A stretch of 22,420 nt of DNA, taken from assembly GCA_038217285.1 (NCBI GenBank), contig JBBQPO010000070.1, positions 1-22,420 on the forward strand, given 5' to 3'. Positions 11,881 to 20,547 of this stretch are shown piece by piece (the stretch's first letter is position 1; every line of letters begins with the position of its first letter). This stretch comes from Chthonomonadales bacterium (GTDB lineage Bacteria > Armatimonadota > Chthonomonadetes > Chthonomonadales > Chthonomonadaceae). The notes under the pieces were generated by a model, which saw only the letters and a list, made by a program, of their open reading frames with translations, had not been told where the DNA came from and did not search any database. Position numbers and translations under genes: made by a program.

Positions 11881-13632
11881 TCACTTCAGTACGCCCTTTG
11901 TGGCAGGCGTGACAGGAGGCGTCAAGGGTGGGGTGGGAAGTTTGGCGGGCTCCAGCGGCGCAGCCTGCCAGGACTTCAGGACCGTCTCCGGTTGGCGCAG
12001 CGTATGCACGAAGGCGGCAAGGCGTGGGGCAGGCTTCTCGGCGGCCTGCGGATGCAGCAGATTCGCCCAGGCGGTCGAGGCGTCGAAGTAGCCTTCCGGC
12101 GTGATGGCCGCCCAGTCCGGCGCAGGGTTTTTGTCGGAGGGCCAGGAGAGCAGCATAAGGCGCAGGCGTCCGGTGGCCGTCTCCCAGAGGCGTACCATCC
12201 CGTCGGCTCCGCCGCCTGCCGTCCATCTGTCGTCGGGACTGATGGCGACGGCGTACTCCCAGTCGGTCGAGCCGGTGAGAGTGCGCAGGGCGTTGTTGCT
12301 TGCGCCATCCCAGAGGCGGATCGTATGGTCGCCCGACGCCGACGCGATGAACTTGGTGTCTTTGCTGAATACAATCTCCGTGACGGTCGCGCTGTGTCCT
12401 CCGTGTTTGCTGCCGGCGTCTCCGGTATCGGGGTTCCAGCGGCGCAGCTCCGTTTCGGAACCGGCGGAGACGAGGATACTGTTCTGCGGACTGAACGCCA
12501 TGGCGGTCACGCCCTCGTTATGCCCCGTGAAGGCGCGCACCAGCGTACCCTTGTCGGTATCGTAGCGGCGCAGGTTATGGTCCATGCTGGCCGTATAGAG
12601 GGCCTTGCCGTCCGGAGCGAAGCAGACCTGCGTGACAGCGTCCGAGTGGTCTTTGAACAGTTTCAGTTCTTTACCGTCCGGCCACAGCCACAGGCGGGCC
12701 GTCTTGTCCTGACTGCCGGTGGCGAGCCACTTGCTGTCCATGCTCCAGGCCACGCTCATCACCACATCGGTGTGACCTTCGAGCGTCGGACCGATCTTCG
12801 CGAACGTTTTGGTATCGTAGACCCGCACCTCACCGCTGCTGCCGGGAGCGCCGCCTGCAACGGCCAGTTGCGACCCGTCCGGGCGGAACGCCAACGCCTG
12901 CACCGGGCCGGGGAGATGGCTTATCGCGGTCAGGGCTTTGCCGGTCGGCAGGTTCCAGAGAGTAACGGCGCGGTAGCCGCCGACGGCCAGGATCTTCCCA
13001 TCCGGACTGAAGGCCAGCGCCGTCACAGGAGGCAAGGGCCCCACCTTCAGCGCCAGCGCCAGCGCCGAATCTTTCGGACTGCCTTTTTCCAGCAGGTCGG
13101 CGGAGGGTTTGAGGAGCGTGGGAAAGCGGACCTCCTGCATCGCCGGATTGGCCGGCATCGGCAGGGAGGCGGGAGAAGCGGCAGGCTGCGCCGAGTCGGC
13201 CTTCGGATCTCCGGCAGGCGCACCGGCATCGATCCACCTTCGAAGCAGGGCGATCTGTGCGGCGGGAAGAGCCGGGCCACCCTTCGGCATCAGCTTCGCC
13301 GCGCTCGCCGTGACGAGCCGCTTATAGATCTCGCTGTCGGCGCTCTTGCCGGGAACGAGAACGAGCCGCGGCGCACCACCTCCTATGCCCTTCTTGACTG
13401 CTGCAAATGTGTCGAGCGCCAGTCCTGCGGAAAGGGAGGGGGTGCTGAGCGTCTTCTCGCTGTGACAGACCGCGCACCGTGCCTGCAGAATCGGACGGAT
13501 GTCCCGCGCATAGTTCGGAGCCGCCGCCAGGGAAGGCTTCGCACCCTGCGCTCCGGCTGCCACTGTGAAGAGAAGGAGCGCTGCGCCCCACAAGCTGAGG
13601 AGCGCGCCGCTCCACGAAATTACGTGCTTCAT
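11881..13632 (-). CDS. Exported planctomycete cytochrome c (PSCyt1-type) plus WD40 beta-propeller protein
   Basis: 583 aa with a signal peptide. YARDIRPILQARCAVCH (CxxCH), VPGKSADSEIY..LMPKGGPAL..LRRWIDAGA, seven clear WD40 repeats (e.g. GHTDVVMSVAWS..GSQDKTARLW) and a Pro-rich tail. Confidence 0.93.
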   Translation of the reverse strand: MKHVISWSGALLSLWGAALLLFTVAAGAQGAKPSLAAAPNYARDIRPILQARCAVCHSEKTLSTPSLSAGLALDTFAAVKKGIGGGAPRLVLVPGKSADSEIYKRLVTASAAKLMPKGGPALPAAQIALLRRWIDAGAPAGDPKADSAQPAASPASLPMPANPAMQEVRFPTLLKPSADLLEKGSPKDSALALALKVGPLPPVTALAFSPDGKILAVGGYRAVTLWNLPTGKALTAISHLPGPVQALAFRPDGSQLAVAGGAPGSSGEVRVYDTKTFAKIGPTLEGHTDVVMSVAWSMDSKWLATGSQDKTARLWLWPDGKELKLFKDHSDAVTQVCFAPDGKALYTASMDHNLRRYDTDKGTLVRAFTGHNEGVTAMAFSPQNSILVSAGSETELRRWNPDTGDAGSKHGGHSATVTEIVFSKDTKFIASASGDHTIRLWDGASNNALRTLTGSTDWEYAVAISPDDRWTAGGGADGMVRLWETATGRLRLMLLSWPSDKNPAPDWAAITPEGYFDASTAWANLLHPQAAEKPAPRLAAFVHTLRQPETVLKSWQAAPLEPAKLPTPPLTPPVTPATKGVLK

Positions 13633-13642
13633 GGCCTGCCTG

Positions 13643-14986
13643 TTACCCTATCAGTTCGCTGATTGGGGTGCCGTCGTAGTTGATTTTGAGCGGGCGCTCC
13701 TGCGGCGACATATACTCTTTCTCGCCGTTGATGCCCATCGCATGATAGATCGTCGCGGCGACATCCTCCACGCGCAAGGGGCGATCCTTCGGATACTCGC
13801 CGTTGGCATTGGAGGAGCCGACCACCATGCCGGTCTTGACGCCGCCGCCGCCGATGGCCACGCTGATCGCGCCGGGCCAGTGATCGCGCCCTCCCGAGGA
13901 GTTGATGCGTGGGGTGCGGCCAAACTCGCCCATGCAGATGACCAGTGTCGTGTCCAGCATGCCACGCTGCTTCAGGTCGTTGATGAGGGCGGAGTAGCCC
14001 ATATCGAGCGGAGGCAGAAGGTTGTTTTTCAGGGCGTTGAAGTTGTCGGTATGCGTGTCCCAGCCGCCGTTGTTGATCGAGACGCAGCGCACGCCAGCCT
14101 CTACCATACGCCGGGCGAGCAGACAGGACTGTCCGAAGGTGTTGCGACCGTACTCGTCGCGCAGTTTGGCAGGCTCCTCTTTCAGATTGAACGCCTTCTT
14201 CGCGTCCGGGGAGGTGACCAGACTGAACGCGCGATGGTAGAACTCGTCCATCGTCTGCGAGGATTTGCTGGCCGTCTCTTTGTTGCGCTGCCAGTCGTCG
14301 AGCGCCTGACGCATCATCCGGCGTCGATCCAGGCGGGCGAAATCGACGCCGTTGGGCGGCGCGACATCCTGAACGCTGAAGTTGGGGCTGTTGGCATCCC
14401 CGTTGATGATGAAGGGATTGTAGACCGCGCCCATGTAGCCGCCGCCGCCGTGCATATTCGGCATTCCGCCGAACATGGCATAGGGCGGCATGTTGTTCTG
14501 GAAGCCCTTCTCCCGCGCCACGACGGCGCCGTAGCCCGGATACTCGGTGGCAGGCGCGAAGGGATAGCCGGTTAGCAGGTAGTGCGTGGCCGTCTCATGG
14601 GTGCCATCGGGCGAGGTCACGGAGCGGATGATCGAAAACTTGTCCATCTGCTTGGCGAGCTTCGGCAGTTGGTCGCTCAGTTGGATACCGGCGACGTTTG
14701 TCGAAATGGCTTTGAAGGAGCCGCGAATATCCTGGGGGGCGTCCGGTTTGGGATCGAATGTGTCGATATGGCTCGGCCCGCCGCTCAGCCAGATCAGGAT
14801 ACAGGCGATGTCCTTTTGTCCGCCGGCGGCGGTCGCCTTCGTCACCACGCCTGCCTTCGTGTCGGCATGCGCTTCGAGGAGGCCCGGCAAGGTCAGCCCC
14901 AGAGCCGACAGGCCGCCGATACGCAGAAAATCGCGCCGTGTCACGCCGTCACAGTCCGTATGGTTTCCGACTTCGATATCAAACAT
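13643..14986 (-). CDS. DUF1501 domain protein with Tat signal
   Basis: 447 aa. TRRDFLRIG twin-arginine motif, ILIWLSGGPSHIDTFDPKP, FGQSCLLARRMVEAGV, GWDTH, GEFGRTPRIN..GRDHWP, DVAATIYHAMGI. RBS AGGAGG. Confidence 0.95.
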   Translation of the reverse strand: MFDIEVGNHTDCDGVTRRDFLRIGGLSALGLTLPGLLEAHADTKAGVVTKATAAGGQKDIACILIWLSGGPSHIDTFDPKPDAPQDIRGSFKAISTNVAGIQLSDQLPKLAKQMDKFSIIRSVTSPDGTHETATHYLLTGYPFAPATEYPGYGAVVAREKGFQNNMPPYAMFGGMPNMHGGGGYMGAVYNPFIINGDANSPNFSVQDVAPPNGVDFARLDRRRMMRQALDDWQRNKETASKSSQTMDEFYHRAFSLVTSPDAKKAFNLKEEPAKLRDEYGRNTFGQSCLLARRMVEAGVRCVSINNGGWDTHTDNFNALKNNLLPPLDMGYSALINDLKQRGMLDTTLVICMGEFGRTPRINSSGGRDHWPGAISVAIGGGGVKTGMVVGSSNANGEYPKDRPLRVEDVAATIYHAMGINGEKEYMSPQERPLKINYDGTPISELIG

Positions 14987-15008
14987 GGATGGGATCCCTC
15001 CTGGCGGT

Positions 15009-17573
15009 TCAGTGGTTGAACAGAAACTCTTTGCTGTTGAGCAGGGTTAAGAGAACGTCCTCAAAGACGGACTTACGGTCTTTCGGCGACGTGAAAACAA
15101 GCGCGGTCATGATGAGACGCCGCTCCTCCTGACGGGGGGGACGGCCCAGCGACGCGGCGTAGAGTTCGTTCAGAATGGCCTCGTTGGTGGCTTTTGCCTT
15201 GATGAGGTTGGCGAGGCGTCCGTTCCCGTCGGTGACCTTGTTGTTCAGCTTGTCACCGTTCATTAGTTTCAGTGTCTGGGAGAGGTTCGGCTCGGCGGTA
15301 CGCTCGCACTCGCAGGCGATGAGACGCTGTGGGCGTCCGAAGGTATCCAGGAAGTCGGAGTTCACCTGGGGATCGGGCAACTGGATCGCGCGTGTGCCGA
15401 GAGGCAGCCCGTTGAACTTCTCCCGCGTTCCACAGGCGAAATCCATCGCATCGAGCATGCTCTCGGCGGGCAGACGCTTGGGCAGATAGTGCGTGAAGAA
15501 GGTCTCATCCTTGAAGTTCTGCCGTGTGCCCTCGCTGCTGCGCTGATAGGTCTGCGTGGTGCAGAGCACGCGCAGCAGATGTTTCAGATCGAAGTGGGAG
15601 CCTACCAACTCGTCGGCCACAGCGTCGAGCAGTTCCGGGTTGGTCGGGGGATTGGTGACGCGCTGGTCGTCGATCGGGTTCACGATGCCGCGGGTGAACA
15701 GATAGCCCCAGTAGCGGTTGGCCAGGTTGCGCGCGAAAAGGCGATTGTCTTTGGCGGTCAGCCAGTCGGCCAGGGCGCGGCGTCGGTCGCCGCTGGCATC
15801 CGGGTCCGGCAGCTTGCCATCCGTGAGCGTTGCGAGCGTCACTCCGAGCGGCGTCGGGTACATCCGTGCGCCCGATTTAGGGTGGCCGACTTCGCCTCCG
15901 CTCTGGATCTTGACGACATTCTCGTTGCCGAAAATGCCGAAATCGGTGCTGTTCTTGAGGCCGATCCGCGCGAAGAAGGCGGCGAACTGGTAGTAGTCGG
16001 TCTGGCTCCACTTCTCGAAAGGATGGTGGTGGCACCGGGTACACTGCAGTCGCACACCGAGGAACAGTTGACTGGTAGTTTCGGCGAGATCCTGGGGATT
16101 GTTGGCGACCCGGTAGTAGTTGCTTGGTCCGGTGGTAAAGGTGCTGCCCTGCGCTACGATAAGGTCGTGTACGAACTGATCGACGGGGCGATTCTGCACA
16201 AACTGCGTGTGAATCCAGTTCGTGAAGCTCCACATCCCTTTGTCGCCCAGGTTCGCGCGGTTGCTGCGCAACAGATCACCCCATTTCAGCGACCAGAAGT
16301 CGGCATACTCCGGGCTGGCGAGCAACTCATCGACCAGCTTTTCGCGCTTGTCTGAAGAGTTACTGGCGAGAAAAGTCGTGATGCGCTCCGGAGGCGGGGG
16401 GGTGCCGGTGAGGTCAAAGCTGACACGGCGGATGAAGGTTCGGTCGTCACACAGCGGCGACGAAAGGAGGCCGACCGCGTGCTGCTTCTTCGCGACCAGC
16501 GCATCGATACGGGCGGTTCCGGTCAATCCCGTGAGAGAGATCGCGTTGCCTATTTTGATGGGCGTGAACGGCACGATCATGGTCGAGACCGTCGCCTGTC
16601 CTCCGTACCGCACCATGATCGCGGTCTGTCCCTTTCCGATCGACGTGACCAGTCCCTCCGGCGTACAGGAGGCGATGGCATCGTTGAGGGTGGTGAGTCG
16701 GGTCTGATCCGTGACATCGCGGGTCGTGCCGTCGGAGTAAGTCGCCCGGACCACCAGACGCTGTTTCTGGCCGGCGGTAGGGAGAATGCGCTCTGCAGGG
16801 AAGACGTCGATTTTGGCGACCTGCGGCTCTTTTGAGGTGGGCCCGGGCGATCCGTCTTGCAGCCACTGCGCCATCACCTTATAGTCGGCGGATCCGCGTT
16901 CCAGTCGTCGGCCTCCTCCATGCGGAACCAACAGGGCGGGTTTCAGTAGCAGCAGGCTCCGCTCCGGTTCGGCCAGGGAGATTCGTCGCCCCTTCGTCTG
17001 CCGTACGGTGTTCACATAGTCGAGATCGGTGTCGAATCCTGCGAGCGAGAGCTTGTAACCGCCCTTTCCATACTGCGCTCCATGACAGGATCCCTGATTG
17101 CACCCATAACGCGTGAAAATCGGAATGACGTCGTTGTTGAAGCTAACCGAAGAGGGCTTGGAACTGTCCTGCACGGTCACTTTCGCCGCCGCCGTTTTGT
17201 CTCCGAAGCGTACCTGCAGGGTCGCAACACCGTCTTTGACCGGGCGCAGGGTGGCGGGGCCTGCGAGCCTTACCGTCTGCGTTGAGAGGGTAGGGACCGC
17301 GCTCTCCGTAACGTCGGCCACCGATCCGTTGGCGTAGTGCGCCATGACCAGGAAATGGGCCAGCGAACGGGGACCGACCATCTGCAATGCACTCGGCTCA
17401 ATCGACAACGTCGCGAGAGCGCTATGCGACGCAGCAGCGACGGGCCGACGTGACGTAACGTCCGGACGCCGCCTCTTCTGAGCGCACACCGGAACGATCT
17501 GTAGAGCGAATAAGAGCAGGCTGCCAGTCGCCAGCGAAACTGTGACCGAGAGACGAGGCAGGGAACACGGCAT
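15009..17573 (-). CDS. DUF1549 (PSCyt2) + DUF1553 (PSD1) protein with N-terminal Ig-like domains
   Basis: 854 aa with a signal-like N-terminus. VSFNNDVIPIF..GCNQGSCHG, two Big_2-like segments (AHYANGSVADVT; ATYSDGTTRDVT), FIRRVSFDLTGTPP, FLGVRLQCTRCHHHPFEKW, NRYWGYLFTRGIV, PTNPELLD, FGRPQRLIACECER, C-terminal EFLFNH. RBS GGAGGA. Confidence 0.95.
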   Translation of the reverse strand: MPCSLPRLSVTVSLATGSLLLFALQIVPVCAQKRRRPDVTSRRPVAAASHSALATLSIEPSALQMVGPRSLAHFLVMAHYANGSVADVTESAVPTLSTQTVRLAGPATLRPVKDGVATLQVRFGDKTAAAKVTVQDSSKPSSVSFNNDVIPIFTRYGCNQGSCHGAQYGKGGYKLSLAGFDTDLDYVNTVRQTKGRRISLAEPERSLLLLKPALLVPHGGGRRLERGSADYKVMAQWLQDGSPGPTSKEPQVAKIDVFPAERILPTAGQKQRLVVRATYSDGTTRDVTDQTRLTTLNDAIASCTPEGLVTSIGKGQTAIMVRYGGQATVSTMIVPFTPIKIGNAISLTGLTGTARIDALVAKKQHAVGLLSSPLCDDRTFIRRVSFDLTGTPPPPERITTFLASNSSDKREKLVDELLASPEYADFWSLKWGDLLRSNRANLGDKGMWSFTNWIHTQFVQNRPVDQFVHDLIVAQGSTFTTGPSNYYRVANNPQDLAETTSQLFLGVRLQCTRCHHHPFEKWSQTDYYQFAAFFARIGLKNSTDFGIFGNENVVKIQSGGEVGHPKSGARMYPTPLGVTLATLTDGKLPDPDASGDRRRALADWLTAKDNRLFARNLANRYWGYLFTRGIVNPIDDQRVTNPPTNPELLDAVADELVGSHFDLKHLLRVLCTTQTYQRSSEGTRQNFKDETFFTHYLPKRLPAESMLDAMDFACGTREKFNGLPLGTRAIQLPDPQVNSDFLDTFGRPQRLIACECERTAEPNLSQTLKLMNGDKLNNKVTDGNGRLANLIKAKATNEAILNELYAASLGRPPRQEERRLIMTALVFTSPKDRKSVFEDVLLTLLNSKEFLFNH

Positions 17574-17668
17574 GAGCGGTTCCTCCGGTGACTGGTGAGA
17601 GAGAGTAGAGTGTATGGCAGGTTGAAGGTGGACCGGGGGCGAACCGAATCGGCCCTTCGCACTTTCTC

Positions 17669-17703
17669 ATTATATGTCAATTTTGACAGTACGGTCAAGT
17701 CAA
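17669..17703 (-). promoter_or_regulatory. sigma70 promoter of the DUF1549/DUF1501 operon with overlapping palindromic operator(s)
   Basis: Minus strand TTGACC (17698-17693) - 18 nt - TATAAT (17674-17669). Palindromes TGTCAA-TT-TTGACA (17675-17688) and TTGAC-AGTACG-GTCAA (17683-17698). Confidence 0.75.
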
Positions 17704-17796
17704 AGTTGCAGGAAATGCGCCCCGGCAGCGATTCATTTGCACAAACCCATGGAAAGCAGGCAACATTCTGTCCAGGTAGGGAAATCACTTTGCGAG

Positions 17797-17976
17797 TTGG
17801 TCCGCCCCTAAAGGAGCGGCCTGATGCGCAAACCCCGCTAAAGCGGGCTGCTTTCGATCCAACGAGGGTTCTTGCCCGGAGTAAACAACGCCCTTTAGCC
17901 TGATGGTGCTCACCTGTTACCCAGGGCCGTTCACGGTCCTTACAAAAGACAGACCGCTCCTTGAGGGGCGGGCCAA
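17797..17976. repeat. REPIN/MITE-like element with 27-bp terminal inverted repeats, each itself a hairpin
   Basis: TTGGTCCGCCCCTAAAGGAGCGGCCTG (17797-17823) matches the reverse complement of CAGACCGCTCCTTGAGGGGCGGGCCAA (17950-17976) at 24/27 positions. Internal hairpins CCCGCT-AA-AGCGGG (17834-17847) and AGGGCCG-TTCA-CGGTCCT (17923-17940). Confidence 0.75.
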
Positions 17977-18034
17977 AAGCAGACATCCAACAAGCGAATT
18001 GCATTTGTCCTCTCTGGCCGAGAAGGGTCGATAC

Positions 18035-18083
18035 TTCTGTCAGGTATAATGCCCATAATGTACGATGGAACGACCTGACAAAA
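18035..18083 (+). promoter_or_regulatory. Putative -10 element of the ALDH gene flanked by an inverted repeat
   Basis: TATAAT (18045-18050) with no consensus -35. TTCTGTCAGGT (18035-18045) and ACCTGACAAAA (18073-18083) form a 10/11 inverted repeat. Confidence 0.45.
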
Positions 18084-18111
18084 CGGTGTGACAGCCAGAA
18101 AGCGATGGAAA

Positions 18112-20526
18112 ATGGCGACGGTGGCAGAGATATACGAGACGATGGAGTATGGCCCGGCGCCGGAGAGCGCCGCCCCAGCTCAGGAATGGATCACGCGGCA
18201 CGAGGGAGCCTTCCGTCTGTTCATAGGCGGAGCCTGGTGCGCCGGCGCGGCGGGAGAGACGTTCGAGACGTTCGAGACGTTCGATCCGGCTACGGGCAAC
18301 GCGCTGGCGGTGGTCGCGCAGGCGGGCGAGGAGGATGTCGAGGCGGCAGTGACCGCTGCGCGGACGGCCCAGTCCTCGTGGTGGGAACTGGGGGCGCACG
18401 GTCGCGCCCGTTATCTCTATGCCCTGGCGCGACAGGTGCAGAAACATGCCCGCCTGTTCGCCGTGCTCGAAACCCTTGACAATGGCAAGCCGATCCGCGA
18501 AACGCGTGACATCGATATTCCGCTGGTCGTTCGGCACTTCTATCATCATGCCGGCTGGGCGCAGTTGATGCCCTCGGAACTGCCGGATTACCGGCCGGTC
18601 GGCGTGGTGGGGCAGATTATCCCGTGGAACTTCCCACTGCTGATGCTCGCGTGGAAGATCGCGCCCGCACTGGCGATGGGCAACACCGTCGTTCTCAAAC
18701 CCGCCGAATATACGCCGCTGACAGCTCTCCTCTTCGCAGAGATCTGTATGGAGATCGGTCTGCCGCCGGGAGTTGTCAACATTCTGACCGGCGACGGCAA
18801 GGCCGGTGAGCTCCTCACGAAGCATCCCGGCATCGACAAGATCGCGTTCACGGGTTCGACCGAGGTGGGGCGTCTGATCCGCCAGGCTACGGCGGGAAGC
18901 GGCAAGCGCCTCTCCCTCGAACTCGGCGGCAAATCTCCCTTTCTGATCTTCGACGATGCCGACCTGGACGCCGCCGTCGAAGGACTGGTCGACGCGATCT
19001 GGTTCAATCAAGGCCAGGTCTGCTGCGCAGGATCGCGACTGCTGGTGCAGGAGAATATCGCCGACCGTCTGCACCTTAAGGTTCGCGCGCGGATGGAGAA
19101 CCTGCGTATCGGGTCTCCGCTGGACAAGACCACCGACATCGGCGCTATTATCGCTCCGGTCCAACTGGAACGCATCACCGCGCTGGTGCAGCAGGGGCAG
19201 GCCGAGGGCGCAACGCTGTGGCAGCCTGCCAACGCCTGTCCGACCACGGGCTGTTTCTTTCCTCCAACACTCTTCACAGACGTCGCGCCCTCTTCGGTGC
19301 TTGCCCAGGAGGAGATCTTCGGCCCGGTGCTGGTGAGCCTGACGTTTCGCACACCTGCAGAGGCTGTCGAACTTGCCAACAATACCCGCTACGGCCTTGC
19401 TGCCAGCGTCTGGACCGAAAACATCGGCCTCGCCCTCGACATCGCCCCCAAACTGAAAGCCGGGACGGTCTGGGTCAACAGCACCAATCTCTTCGACGCA
19501 GCCTCGGGATTCGGCGGCTACCGCGAGAGCGGCTTCGGGCGCGAAGGCGGACGCGAGGGACTCTGGGAGTATGTGAAACGCAGTGAACTCCCCCGCACAG
19601 CCTCGCTGCCTGTCGGGGAGTCGAAAAACTTTGCCGACGCAGTTCTGCCTGCCGGACCTGGCCTCCCGCCCATCGACCGCACTCCGAAACTCTATATCGG
19701 CGGCAAACAGACGCGACCGGACTCCGGCTACAGCCTCTCCGTGCACGACAGGCAGGGCAACATCCTCGGCACAGTGGGCGAGGGGAGCCGTAAGGACATT
19801 CGTAACGCCGTGGAAGCTGCCCGTGGGGCTGGGGCCTGGGCGAAGAGTTCCGGGCACAATCGCGCCCAGATCCTCTACTACCTGGCAGAGAATCTTGCCT
19901 ACCGAAGCGCGGAGTTCGCCGACCTTATCGCGCGGATGACCGGGCAGAGCAGCGAGGCTGCGAGGCAGGAGGTCGATCTCAGCCTGGAGCGCTGCTACTT
20001 CTATGCGGCCTGGGCGGACAAGTACGACGGGGCCGTGCATTCGACCGCTGGCCGGAACGTCACGCTGGCGATGAATGAGCCGCTCGGCGTCATCGGGATC
20101 GCCTGCCCGAATGAGAGCCCGTTGCTCGGCCTCCTGTCGCTCGTCCTGCCCGCCATCGCGATGGGCAACGCCACCGTCGTCATCCCCTCCGAACGCCATC
20201 CCCTGGCCGCCACGGATCTCTATCAGGTTTTGGAAACCTCGGACGTGCCCGGCGGCGTGGTCAACATCGTCACCGGCAAGCGCGACTCCCTCGCCGAAGT
20301 GCTGGCCCTCCACGACGATATCGCCGCCCTCTGGTATGTCGGTACTCCCGTAGGCGGGGCTAAGGCGGAACACGCCTCGGCAGGCAATATGAAACGCACC
20401 TGGGTACGCAATGAAGAGAGTTGTGATTGGCACGACCTTGCCGCCGGGCAGGGCATCGAATATCTGCGCCAGGCGACCCAGGTCAAGAACATCTGGATCC
20501 CCTACACCGACGAAGTCTCCTGGTAG
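18112..20526 (+). CDS. Two-domain aldehyde dehydrogenase (ALDH16-type)
   Basis: About 804 aa from ATG 18112 (MATVAEIYETMEYGPAPES). IIPWNFP, KPAE, FTGSTEVG, LELGGKSP (catalytic Glu), FNQGQVCCAG (catalytic Cys), EEIFGPV, FGGYRESGFGREGG. A second NAD-binding-like domain without a catalytic domain follows (IDRTPKLYIGGKQTRPD...QVKNIWIPY). Confidence 0.93.
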   Translation: MATVAEIYETMEYGPAPESAAPAQEWITRHEGAFRLFIGGAWCAGAAGETFETFETFDPATGNALAVVAQAGEEDVEAAVTAARTAQSSWWELGAHGRARYLYALARQVQKHARLFAVLETLDNGKPIRETRDIDIPLVVRHFYHHAGWAQLMPSELPDYRPVGVVGQIIPWNFPLLMLAWKIAPALAMGNTVVLKPAEYTPLTALLFAEICMEIGLPPGVVNILTGDGKAGELLTKHPGIDKIAFTGSTEVGRLIRQATAGSGKRLSLELGGKSPFLIFDDADLDAAVEGLVDAIWFNQGQVCCAGSRLLVQENIADRLHLKVRARMENLRIGSPLDKTTDIGAIIAPVQLERITALVQQGQAEGATLWQPANACPTTGCFFPPTLFTDVAPSSVLAQEEIFGPVLVSLTFRTPAEAVELANNTRYGLAASVWTENIGLALDIAPKLKAGTVWVNSTNLFDAASGFGGYRESGFGREGGREGLWEYVKRSELPRTASLPVGESKNFADAVLPAGPGLPPIDRTPKLYIGGKQTRPDSGYSLSVHDRQGNILGTVGEGSRKDIRNAVEAARGAGAWAKSSGHNRAQILYYLAENLAYRSAEFADLIARMTGQSSEAARQEVDLSLERCYFYAAWADKYDGAVHSTAGRNVTLAMNEPLGVIGIACPNESPLLGLLSLVLPAIAMGNATVVIPSERHPLAATDLYQVLETSDVPGGVVNIVTGKRDSLAEVLALHDDIAALWYVGTPVGGAKAEHASAGNMKRTWVRNEESCDWHDLAAGQGIEYLRQATQVKNIWIPYTDEVSW
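18256..18284 (+). repeat. In-frame 9-bp tandem repeat (GAGACGTTC) x3.2
   Basis: GAGACGTTC GAGACGTTC GAGACGTTC GA encodes ETFETFETF. Confidence 0.95.
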
Positions 20527-20547
20527 ACAGCGTCGAGCGATCAGGCG

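Noticed and set aside
11870-11881. 12-bp palindrome AACGACGTCGTT between the WD40 and PPC genes
   Set aside because: Isolated, loop-less and inside a 28-bp operon gap, with no supporting context.
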